From Hydrolagus colliei (Eukaryota), in NCBI GenBank assembly GCA_035084275.1, contig CM068758.1, positions 186,001 to 250,000 on the forward strand: a stretch of 64,000 bases of DNA, in the 5' to 3' direction. Of this stretch, positions 24,201 through 35,199 are shown piece after piece (position 1 is the stretch's first letter; each line of letters starts with the position of its first letter). Under the pieces are notes generated by a model. The model saw only the letters and a list, made by a program, of their open reading frames with translations, made no database searches and was not told the origin of the DNA. Made by a program: the position numbers and the translations under genes.

Positions 24201-25850
24201 GGGTCCAATGAGCACGTGGTGGGTTTCATGGAGGTGATTGTTTTTGTGACTGAAAGCGGGGTGGTGGGGTTGAAAGTGTGAAATGGGGGGTGAGTAGGGG
24301 TTGAGGTAACTGATGAGGGCGTGGAGGTGGAGGAGTGGTGAGGGGAGGAAACCGCAGAGCAGATTTTCTCAATTTTGGACTCGAGGAAATCCAGCATCTC
24401 CTTGCAACGAACGTTTGAGGAGAGGATCTGTGAGGTGAGGCGGTGGGGGGGGGGGGCGGAGGAGCTGGTTGGTGGTGGCGAAGAGGAGGCGGTGGTTAAT
24501 AATATATATTTTTAAAAATTGTATTCAGGTTACACACAGTTAATTTAAAAACCGATGGCGTTGTGTATACCCTAGCATAGTGTAAATAACATTATTTCCC
24601 CCAAAGGTGGTGCGCAAGCAGCCGATTTGAAGATTTTAGCTGGAGATAACGTCAACATGGATTTCGAGACCTTCAAGAAACTCAACCCAGAAGAACTGGT
24701 TGTACGTATCAATGGAAGAATGTGGTGTTTATAAATTTAATTAGCGCTGCCTTTGTGACTTGAGCAGCTTCTCTCGCAGCCACACACACACACACACACA
24801 CACAGACAGACACACACAAGCTGTACATCACACAAAACAGCTGTTCAGGTACGGTCAACGCTTAAGTTCAGTTGCCACCTGTTAATATTATATATTCCGT
24901 AACTGTTTTTAGGAGACCACTGTGTGGAACTGGCTGCCTCATTTTGCCTACAAAATACGACGTCAATTCACTTGTCAGTGTTTTCCACGAAGGGTTTTGT
25001 GACATCTCAATTACTGAATAAGGATTAGTATTATTACTATTATTATTATCGTGAAGATTATTATCATTTGATCAATTTTCATGACGATATGCGAGGTATG
25101 AGAAGTAATATCTCAGACCATGAAAGAGGATGCTGCTGATGTAATGTATCGTTGGCCTGGTTTGTCTTTCAGAAACTCTCTGCTCAGGAACTGAAGAACT
25201 TGCTCGGGGTCAACCTTCCCCAACTGAAAGCCAACGAAGCCGACCCTGTGGTGCAGGCCTGGGTCAGAACCCACAGCGCAGCCGAGGTGCAGAGCCTGGG
25301 CGTGGGACTCTCTGGGGGGAAGCCACCAGCGCAGAGCTTTGAATCCGGCCATCATGATTTTAAAGAAGGTGCGTAGCGCTCGCTCATGTCCGTTTGGTTT
25401 GTTGCTTTACACAACTTTACACGAGACACGCACTCGGACACCTCGGGTCTGATATCTGCTCGAATGCATCAAACGCACTTGATCACACGCAGCAGCAACA
25501 ACAACAACAACAACAACTTAGACAACTTGTACTACGGTCTAAAATACCGTAGAACAAGTTGCTGGAGACTCTGAGAGACTATTTATCAAAAACTAAGCTT
25601 CTAAACTGTGACAATTATTGCATCGTAAATCAAGCTAGACTTGTCTGTGCATTGGTTTGTTATCTGAAGCGCTTTGGGACACTTCTCCCGACTTAATATT
25701 GAAATGCCGCTGAAGGGAAAACGGTTCAATGAATGGTGTGTTTGTTTTGTTCCAGTTTCAGGAACAAGTTCAGCTTCGAGCAACTACTTTGGTCTCCTGC
25801 TCTGTGTCCTCGTCAGTGTGACAACTATCGCCACACAACGTTTGCTGTAA
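18247..25850 (+). CDS. MSLN: Mesothelin-like GPI-anchored protein, paralogue B (370 aa). Coding exons: 18247-18277, 18781-18815, 19675-19744, 20171-20352, 20843-20989, 21597-21730, 22216-22343, 24607-24701, 25173-25368, 25756-25850
   Basis: GT-AG junctions with the same phases as A and identical lengths for six exons (35, 182, 147, 134, 95, 196 nt); 1113 nt in frame. Translation: MMILTLTLAFGLCLFATCKAQT VRLLRDGDLSRQERAAGNINVTS NCSTTVITPEMT...LYPSGIDESVISRLGF...PEDITKWKIT...YLGGAQAADL...NVNMDFETFKKLNP...QSLGVGLSGG...SASSNYFGLLLCVLVSVTTIATQRLL*. Confidence 0.88.
18888..19100 (-). mobile_element. CR1-like LINE 3' end remnant
   Basis: aacataagaa...ggagcagga...ggccattcagcccctcgagcctgc...gctgatct, resembling a recalled chondrichthyan CR1/HER1-type 3' UTR in reverse. 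Confidence 0.6.
19158..19289. other. Assembly gap (N run)
   Basis: 132 Ns. Confidence 1.
19290..19557. mobile_element. Probable right end of a TA-target (Tc1/mariner/pogo-like) non-autonomous DNA transposon
   Basis: CpG-rich segment ending gcgtatagggcgcacc...gtgcgccttatacgcgggtatttacgg-TA; the matching left TIR is not visible (may lie in the gap). Confidence 0.4.
22561..24497 (-). mobile_element. L2-clade LINE, 5'-truncated (~1.9 kb), in the intron between coding exons 7 and 8 of gene B
   Basis: ORFs 23849-24397 and 22604-23560 are in one frame, split by a single TAG. Motifs: YRPISNLPFLSKVLERVV, LQSGFR, STETAL, GVPQGSVLGP, YADDTQLYLS, SRLDY, LHWLP. (TTG)n 3' tail at 22561. Confidence 0.95.
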
Positions 25851-25949
25851 ACTGGGACACAGCCAACCCAATGATTTTGTCTCTGTGTCTCTGCTTAAAT
25901 CTAAAGGCCCGTATCTAACCTTTGCATCAAGAAGCTTGTGCTGTATATT

Positions 25950-25955
25950 AATAAA
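25950..25955 (+). terminator. Candidate polyadenylation signal of gene B
   Basis: AATAAA 100 nt after the stop codon. Confidence 0.55.
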
Positions 25956-27269
25956 TGTATTTTAAAACAAAAGAGACAATCGCATCCCTAGAGTTAAATC
26001 AGTTTAATCTACACTCACTTCTTCTGATAAGATTCCTAGAAAATATGACTTATAAATAAATGTCAATCGTTAAACTGTATTTAGCAATAACCTGGGACTG
26101 GTATAATGAGTGATAGCTTTGCAGATAATGTACAGAACAAGTTTCACCTTCTTTGTTAAGAGCTAAACTGAAACTGCTGGAGGGGAAGAAATTTGCAGCC
26201 ACGGCCGACAATTGATGGAATTATTGATAGCAGATTTTTTGCTCAGAGCATCCGAAAAAAACAAATGGATTGGTATCACACAGGAAGGGAACACCAAATA
26301 TATTATTGTGCAAAATGGAATATTTACGTAGTTGGAAACTAGCGGATGATTTGTGAGAAATAAAATAAACATACTGTATTATGACTGTACAGTTCCTCGG
26401 TGCAAAGCAGAGATTTACTGATTATTTTGTAGACAGTTGAAGTGACTGGTATCCGCCATTCTCAATGGCCTGCTATTTATATTATTTATTGTGTGAATTT
26501 CAAGATATTTTTTCGCCTTTCCTCGACATATTGTAAAAAAATTATAATAATCTCTAAATCCTATTTTTCAATAAAACATCTTGAGTAATCCTGCATTGGT
26601 TTTCACAAAATCGTTGTCTCCTGAGCCTAACAATTGCTGTTTGACCAGGAATCTGGTTTGTCTCCTCTCACATCTCCTCTGCTGAAACGTTGGGATTTCT
26701 TCCTCCTGAAGGAGATATGTTTGAGCCAGGCTGAGGTCCATAGTATATCCATGTCTCTCTCTCTCTCTCTCACTCTCTCTCTCTCGGTGCTGATGACAGA
26801 ACAGCCCCAGCTCTGGCTTGTCACCAGGGTCTGGAAGGGCAGACCAGTCACTGGGTGGAGGTGGTGGGTGGGGGGGGGGGGGGCGGGCAGGGAATCCTTT
26901 CACTACAGCTCCTGTTAACCTGCCATGAACCAAAGCCCTCAACTGTAGAACGATCCTAGCCGGTGGAATTCCTTCCTGTTCTCCACAATCATTCACTTCC
27001 CAGTGGAGATGACGGGAGCCACAAGGAGAGAGACTGTACATTAAGCGGTAGATCCTCGGGAGAGCTACTTGCAAGCTGTGCCCTCTTTCTCCGTACCCAT
27101 GCTCACCTCCCCAGGCCTGGCTTTAACCCCCCAAAGTATTATCTGGGACCTTACCCCGTGTGAAGGCTGCGGAATAAACAGAGTTGTTATTGAACTGAAA
27201 CCAACTGTTGTCTCCCACACGATGCTGCAGATGAACTTCAGACCTCAGTGAAGGCTACAGTAATAATAT

Positions 27270-27597
27270 TAATAAAACTGCCATTTGATAATTGCGCTTT
27301 TCACGTCTTCTAGACTGTGTCTCAAAGCGCTTCACAGAGTATACCGTAAAGTGAATTGACTGTATATATATTTGTGGGTGAAACACGGCGGCCAATTGCG
27401 CAGAGCGGCGTTCCCCCCACACACAGTCGCGGATTGAAAATGACCAATTTCAATATTATTATTGTTTTGTTTTGAGGGATTATTATTATGTGTGTGGAGT
27501 AAGGAAACTTGCCCAAAGTTTCGCCCCCCCCCGCCTGGCATCGAACCCAAGTCTCTCGCTTTTAAGGCGAGTGCTCTAACCACAGACCTACAGGACT
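27270..27597 (-). mobile_element. tRNA-SINE copy
   Basis: Same family, near full length. Confidence 0.8.
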
Positions 27598-28084
27598 GTA
27601 GGCGCTATATCAAATGCAAGTTTTATGATTAAACATAAAAGGAAAAAAATTCAGATTTTACCCAGAGAACACATCAGTTACCTCCCTGGTGTCCACATCC
27701 ATTTAATGGAGATGAACGTACAGTAAGTTCCTGGGTGTATTTGATCCCAGATAAAGATGCAGCAATCGTATGCAGTTTCTTTGACTGTCAGACAGTTTAC
27801 AATCTTATCTTAATGATTTATTTCCAACCGTCTTGGCTGAATTACGGATAAACATCAGTGCGTTACTCCCATCGCAGAACGAATGCACTGCCATTCAGAC
27901 TAGCCGGAGGGCAGGTAAGATTTAGAAGGAATCATTCCGAGTTCCAGGTTGACTGAGCAAAGTCCCAATAGAATGCGTCTTTATTTTCTAACCCATGCCA
28001 AAGGGGGTCAAATTACCTCCACAGGGAACTGTAGAAGCATCTAAATTTACTCATCAATCCCAATTGTAAATAGACTGATGCTTT

Positions 28085-28331
28085 TAATAATAATACTGTA
28101 ATAATCCTTCCATTTGATATAGTTCATTATCATAATGTTGAGACGTCTCAAAGCGCTTTACAGAATATACTGTAAAGAGAATTGACGGTATGTTTGTGAG
28201 CGAAACGCGGCAGCCAATTGCTCACAGCAGCGTCTCCCCCTCCCCCTCCCACCCCCCACAAAGATTTGTGGATTGAGTGAACAAATTATGGTTGTGTTTT
28301 TTTGAGGGATTATTATTAGGCGTGTGGAGTT
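28085..28331 (-). mobile_element. tRNA-SINE, 5'-truncated
   Basis: Family 3' half with (ATT)n tail. Confidence 0.75.
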
Positions 28332-29244
28332 AAATTACTGAGTCCAAAGCCTTATCGTGTTATTTATGTTCAGGCACTTAATATGTGAATTTGAGCACAG
28401 AGAGATTCTCAACAACTAATTACTCAATTTCTTGTGGACTGAAGGTCTTAGCCTTAAGACCTTGCTATAGACCCTGCATTAAAAAAGACTAAAATCTTAA
28501 ATCGGTCTTAGATCTGCGGGTTTCTGTTTTGTGGAAGCTGCGGCCTCCGAATTCAAGAATTTTACAGAAGTTCAGCATTTTGAAGAAAAGAATAGTTTGT
28601 TTACGTAAACAACACCAACAAAATTACATTTATAGAGCGCCTTTCACCTCGAGAGGACATCGCAAGGCGCTGGAAACATGGAAACATTCAGAAGCCAAGT
28701 GGAGTGATTTAAAAAATGATTGAATACAAATAAATATAAAAGACAAGTCAAGTCACTCACCCACCCAGCCACCCAGCTACCCCCCCACCCACCCAGCCAC
28801 CCCCCCACCCACCCAGCCACCCCCCCCACCCACCCAGCTACCCCCCCACCAAGGGAACCTGCTCCACCAGGTTAGACAATCCCTGGCAGGGAGTTTAATC
28901 CATTGTCACTAGTGTGTCTCTGTGGAACAGGAACATCCAAAAGTGGAGAGAGGAGAACTCGGGTATAAAGAAGTCATGTTTTCTAACCCAAAACACAATG
29001 TCCTTTCATTCCAACTGTACAATTCAACCTCTATCGTAGACCTGCGAGTCAGAGTCAGTCACTCTTCCTGGAACCCGATTTGTCCTTGCGTCACCCACAT
29101 TGAATTGCTGCCTACGTCCTTTAAAGCAAACGTGTAACACACAGGAGAAGGCTGGCAATTCCTACCCAAGTGACACCTGGAAACAGGAGACATGTGGTGG
29201 TGATCATTTAAAGTCTCATCGGATAAACGCATCTCCTAATCTGT

Positions 29245-29362
29245 TCTGACGCAGGGTCAGAACTCTTTTTCCTCTCTCCATGGACGCTGCCTGACCTGCT
29301 GAGTTTCCCCAGCAGCTTCTCTTTTTGTTTCAGATTCCCAGCATCTGTAGCGTTTTGTGTTT
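29245..29362 (+). mobile_element. Penelope-like element remnant
   Basis: gacgctgcctgacctgctgagtttccccagca...tttcagattcccagcatctgtag resembles the recalled Penelope terminal-repeat motif common in shark genomes. Confidence 0.5.
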
Positions 29363-30102
29363 TGCGTCTTCTAATCTTCCCGTCTCTCGCACACATTGGT
29401 CAGCGCCTTGGGACGTGGAAAGACTCTGTGCAAGTGTAATTTAGTTGTTGTTGTTGCTCGTTTGCCCACATCTCTGTGAAGCACTCGGGACATGAAAGGC
29501 AAGGAAGGGTGCTTACAATTGGTTGTTGCTAAGTGTTGAATTATTCAGGTGAGTCTGTTCAGGCATCTCGAAAGGCAATTAGGAATTATTCGCTTATTTT
29601 TTCCCCCCCATTAAAACGCACACGTAATTGTATCAGGAATTTCCGAAGATAGCACTGGGACAAACGTTCCATTGAGAACCAGACTGATAAGTTTGAAGAC
29701 CCCCCCCCCCCCACCCCGTGGTTCGCACACAGACATGATTCATGTGAGAACCATTTGCCAAGCTCTAAGCAACTTCTCTGGTCTTCTATCCCAGCTCGTC
29801 TGTGTGTTTGTGACGGGGTCTGGGAGTCTGGAGCAAATTCTAAGACTCATTAATCTTCATTGCACCACTTTCCAAAACTGCTCCCGACATTAACCTGCTC
29901 CCGTCTGAATTCCCTTTTGAACTTTGTGGCAGGTAGTCGTGGCAATGACTGGAGACAGAAAATACAAATCTAAACAAATAGGGAATGTTCCACAAAACAG
30001 CTTTGTTTTCACTCTCTACATTGCTGCTTCCCTGTGAAACAGCGTTGTGATAGTAACCTGTAGAAGGTACTTACTATCCCTGACTTCGTACATCCAAGTA
30101 TG

Positions 30103-30450
30103 GAGTCATGTGTAGCTCATTGGTCAGAGCTTTTGCCTCACACTGAGAGAGCCAGGTTTGATCCTCGGGCCAAGTTTCCTCACTCCACACACCCAACAAC
30201 TCGTAGGAACCTGGTCAGTAGCCAATTGGTGAATCTCTTTCCTCGGGTAACAAGCCCTCCAAATAAACGTGTCTCACTCAATCCACGACTGTTTGTGGGG
30301 GGCACTGCTGAGGTCAATGGGTCAATGCCACCTTTCCCACACAAAATACTGTACAGTCAATTCACTTTACAGTATATTCTGTGAAGCGCTTTAAGACATC
30401 ATGAAGACGCGATAAGGCTCAGTATATCAAGTACGAGGATATTGTTATTG
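30103..30450 (+). mobile_element. Diverged tRNA-SINE copy
   Basis: tgtagctcattggtcagagc head, caagtttcct body, gtgaagcgct tail. Confidence 0.7.
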
Positions 30451-30837
30451 CTTCAGATGTCCAAGTGGGTGGATAGTGCATTGGACAAGGAGGTCCCCAT
30501 GGTAGAAGCTCCAGAATAATATCTATGAATCCACGAGAGTTTAGACAGTGCTACAGGTTAGCGACGACACTCAAATCTACCTCTCTGCCGCCACCCCCAA
30601 TTCCAGGAGCTAAATGTCAGAGTTGACTACCCGTTAAAGACCGAGACACTCCTAATGGTCTCGTGCCAATGCCTCCGCACCTCATGCACCGGTGACATCA
30701 ACATCCACAGCTGCGCATTCCAATCTCGCCAAACCAGTCAGGATCTGGGCATTTTGTTTGACTCTCAATGGTCCCTTTCTCCCCCATGTATGTGCTATGA
30801 CCCGCTCTGCCTTCTACCACCTCCATTAACGTTGCCC

Positions 30838-31003
30838 TCCAATCCACAGCTGTTTGTGGGGGGCGCTGCTGTGAGAAATTGGCTGCTGCGTTTCGCCCAC
30901 AAATGTACAGTCAATTCACCTTATAGTATATTCTGTGAAACGCTTTGAAACGTCAAGAATACGTGAAAAGCACTATATCAAAAATGCCAGGATTATTATT
31001 ATT
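30838..31003 (+). mobile_element. SINE 3' fragment
   Basis: Family 3' half and tail. Confidence 0.7.
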
Positions 31004-31813
31004 CTTATATTATGATGTCATGAAATCTCCACCATTTTTCTGAACCGGTTTAACCTGATAATTCAGCTCCGAGCCCTGACCTGCCCCGGAGACTTAAATC
31101 AAAGTCAAAATTGTGTTGGAATTCAGAATTGTTGGACTTTGACATAGAGCTGAAAGAATGCTCCTGTCACACACACACACACTCACAACAACAATAAAAT
31201 CATACGTACACCATCAACCTCTCTTTTTTTTAAGCGAAGGAAGGAATGACGCAGTGCTTTGAAGTATAAATAAGTATTTTTGGGGGAGGGCTTTCATACA
31301 TCAAGTGTTTGACGCACGTGTGGTTCTGTTTTAGACATTTGCTGAGGTGATTGTACATTTCATGCATATCACATTGTACTCTTGTCGTTACACCTCAATT
31401 ATTTTCTATTAATAACTTCTTTTTTAAAAAAATAAATCATATTTATCTGCTGTCAGGGGAGAGCAGTGCTGCAGTCCAGCAGAGAAAGGTTTCCGCAATC
31501 TCAGTGATATCATTCCTCAGAGCCTTTCACGTAACGTAAGAATCGCTGGACGCGAGAACGCCCAAACAATGGCTCACTCACATTGTGAATTAAATCCTCC
31601 CGACACGAAAGGCGCTCGATAAATGTGATTTGTTGTTGTTGTTGTTGTTGTTTGTTTGTTTGATCAGGAATCGATTCAACCGTCTCGTTGTTCAAGACGT
31701 TCTCCTCGAATCAGGAATGAAAAATTGTGTGCAAAAAAAAATAACATTCAAGACTTTGAGATGTCATTGAGAGGACATTGAAGTGATCAGCGAGGGAGGG
31801 AGAGAGGGAGGAT

Positions 31814-32144
31814 ATAATAATATAATCCTTGCATTTGATATGACGCTTTTCATATCTTATTGACGTCTCAAAGCGCTTCACAGAATATACTGTAAAGTGA
31901 ATCGACTGTATATATTTTGTGGGCGAAACGTGGCAGCCGATTGCGCACAGCAGCGTCCCCCCCACAAACAGTCGTGGGTTGAAATTACCAATTTTTATTA
32001 TTGTGGTATTTTTGAGGGATTATTATTAGGTGTGTGTGTAGAGTAAGGAAACTTGCCCAAGGTTTCACCCTGACCTGCCTGGATTCGAACCCAGGTTTCA
32101 TCTTGCTTGTAAGGGTAGTGCTCTAACCCCTGAGCCACAGGAGC
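31814..32144 (-). mobile_element. Full-length tRNA-SINE copy
   Basis: A/B boxes and tail on the minus strand. Confidence 0.85.
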
Positions 32145-35100
32145 TGCACATCTTAGAGGATGGATGGAAGAGTTGGGAACAGAGGCGATGATGGCAATTT
32201 TATACACGGAGACAACAAACTTGTGAGGAAAAGGTCTTTGGAAACCTTTCTGAGAATCTGGACTCTGCCCTCTAAGCTGTGAGTATGTATTCCAAATTAA
32301 ACCGACAAGCTAATCAAATGAAAATAATTTTAAAAATAATGCAATTGTCCTAAAAGTAACAAAAGTACTGACAGAGGCTTTCAGATTGTGAGGAACAGAG
32401 AGAGAGAGAGAGTGAGGTAGAGAGGGTGAGAATGGGAGAGTGAGAGGCAGATTAAAAGAAAGATTGGGAACGATTGCAGATTCATAATTTAACTAATTTG
32501 AAAGAGGCTTAATTTCATCAAAGCCTGAAATGGTAAAAAATAAAACATGTTGTATATTTGTATTGTGTTCAATTGTCTTAATAAATCCTGATTTGGAGGC
32601 TATTCTAAACAAAAACACAACAAAGAAGAAATCTTGTTTCTGCTTTTTTCCCCCCAAAAGGCCTTCAGACATTTACAAGAATTTTAAAGCGAAGTTCTGA
32701 ATGTTATATTGAACTTTCAGTAAGATGTTGTCACATACTTAATGTTTATCAGAGGCCGGGATTGAAATGACAGAATTTAACCCTCTTTCACTTAATTCAC
32801 GCAGATCTCTTAAACCGCCCAAACAATAAGTCATTCATTTCACTTTTAAATTTTAATGCTACTTTACATATTAATGGGAAACTGTACATCATTCTAAAAG
32901 GCAGCCTGGGCACTGGTCATTAAAAGCTAATTTGGTATTTAATGCACTAAATAGTGAGAAACAGTGATTTCTTTGATGTTTTAGTATTAGACCCAACACA
33001 GAATAGTTCAGCCTTTGCCAGCGTGAATGGTATGAGACGGATCATATCATATTAAGGTGATTTTATTGTTTGGTCTTTTAAGGAAAGATTATTGTTGGAC
33101 CCTTAAAACATTACCATGAACTATCGACTTGTTATATCATCACTGAAAACGCAGATTCCGAAATCAATTTGTCGAAACACTGATATTCTGTCTAAACTTC
33201 CTCCTATTATCCTCACAACCTTCTATGTGGAGCTAGTTATCATTGTTATAACTTGTCAACTAGCCGGTTACTTACTGCAGCGCAAATTACATTATTTTCT
33301 TGTCGTGTGAGTCTGAATCAAATCGTTAGAATCACAGAAAAACTGGGAAATGCAAATTACAAATGTATGTATTATTTTGCACAAAATAATCTATATATAT
33401 ATATGCTCACATTGTCTGGCTTGATAATATATATATATACACACAAAAATCAGATATAACAAAGTTAGTTATATAATAAACAGAAAGACTATATATTACG
33501 GTATATTTATAAATTACACAAACAAGGAGGAATCTGGTTATTTTACATGATGAAGGAATAACTTGCCTCAGTTACTATCAGGGTAGTATATAATATAAAA
33601 TATATATACAGTATATATACACACAAATATAATTATGGCTTCACTTTACAGTGAGTGCAAGTAACACTGGGACTGCAACACTGGACAAATAAATATAAAC
33701 TCTAATGAAAGACCCACCAAAGATCTATAGGTTTCATAATCACACACTCTCACTCACATTCTCTCTCCCCCCCCCCCCACCCCACACACACTCCCCCACC
33801 ACACACATCCATTCACACACACATCCACACTCACAGCACCCCCCCCACACACACAGCCCCCACCCCCCCACACACAGACTCACAGCCCCTCCCCACATAC
33901 AGACTCACACTCATCATGAAAAGTACATCTCACAGATTCACTCCATTCATCCCCCCCTCTCCCCACCCCCCACCTCCTCGCCCTATTAATAGACAGTGAA
34001 ATACCATCTGTGGCTGTTGAGCTGACGATGAGATAGATGTCTCCAGTCTTTAGGGGGAGATGGTTGGAGAAGGAGGTAAGTCACATCTCTCTACCTATGG
34101 TTAAACTTCACCTTGTACCATATACAGATTATAATATAATAGAATAACACACAGACAGACAGGGTTCCCAATCCATGGGCAGAGAGAGGTTATTGGGGCT
34201 AGAGAAGGGGGAGAGAGACCACAAATCTCCAGCCTTTGATGTGCTTCAGACATAGCGACTGTGTGGAGAACAGATCTCCAAGGATGTGTGTGTGTGTTTG
34301 TGTGGGCTGTGTGTGTTTTGGGGAGGGGTGGTGCTGTGTGTGTGTTTGTTCCTCCAGTAATTACACTTCTGTCTGGTTTACAGAGCCTTTTTGTGTGTTT
34401 TTTCTGCTTGTTTGTGCCTGTGATTGGCCACTGATCTCCTGCCCTCGGCTTCCTTCCCTCAGGGTTTATGGATGTTCCTGTCGACACTGTTTTGGAGACA
34501 GTTCCTGGAAATTGGATTTTTGAGGGATTTTTAAATGCGTTGAAGTCGCCGAGGGGAGTTCAGCATCACATGCCATAGCAACTCCCCCCAACTGTCCAAC
34601 TCAACCCAACATCTACCATCAACTTATTGCTCCATTAATTGGGAGAGTTTGTTCAGCTACAACCTGGGGGGAGTTACAGTAAATATAGCACAGCGTGTGT
34701 GTGTATATATATATATATATATACAGTATATTATATGATCACTGTGTGTGGTAGGGACCCATTGGCCTGTGGTTCCTACAGTAAAACATACATTTCATAT
34801 CTTTTCCATATTAAGTCGTCTTGAAGGAGAGAGAAAAAACCCAACATCTGATGTGGAATTTAAAACATTGAGAAGAACAGAATAGTTCAGTGAAACCCTC
34901 ATCGCTTTGGCTGGACTCCCTTCACTTCATTGTGTGAATTGGTTAAATGTGAGCTCTTTTAACAATGTTTTTTCAATGCACTCAACAGTAACATTTTGCA
35001 GGTTGGTTTGGATCAAAAGGACTTTGGGACGCTGGAATCTTACAGTGTAGAAAGAGGCCATTCGGCCCATCCTGTTGGTACCAGTCACACAGCCAGTCCC

Positions 35101-35199
35101 GTCCCCCCCGTCCGTCCGTCCCCCTGTGCCCCCACCCCCGGCTCCCACCCCAACAATTATTTTCTTAAACCTGCAATTGCATTCTTGAAGACTTGAAGT

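Noticed and set aside
26000-35000. A third mesothelin-like copy or MPF-encoding exons
   Set aside because: No matching exon found by eye; the region is SINE/LINE remnants and simple repeats. Highly diverged exons cannot be fully excluded without tBLASTn.
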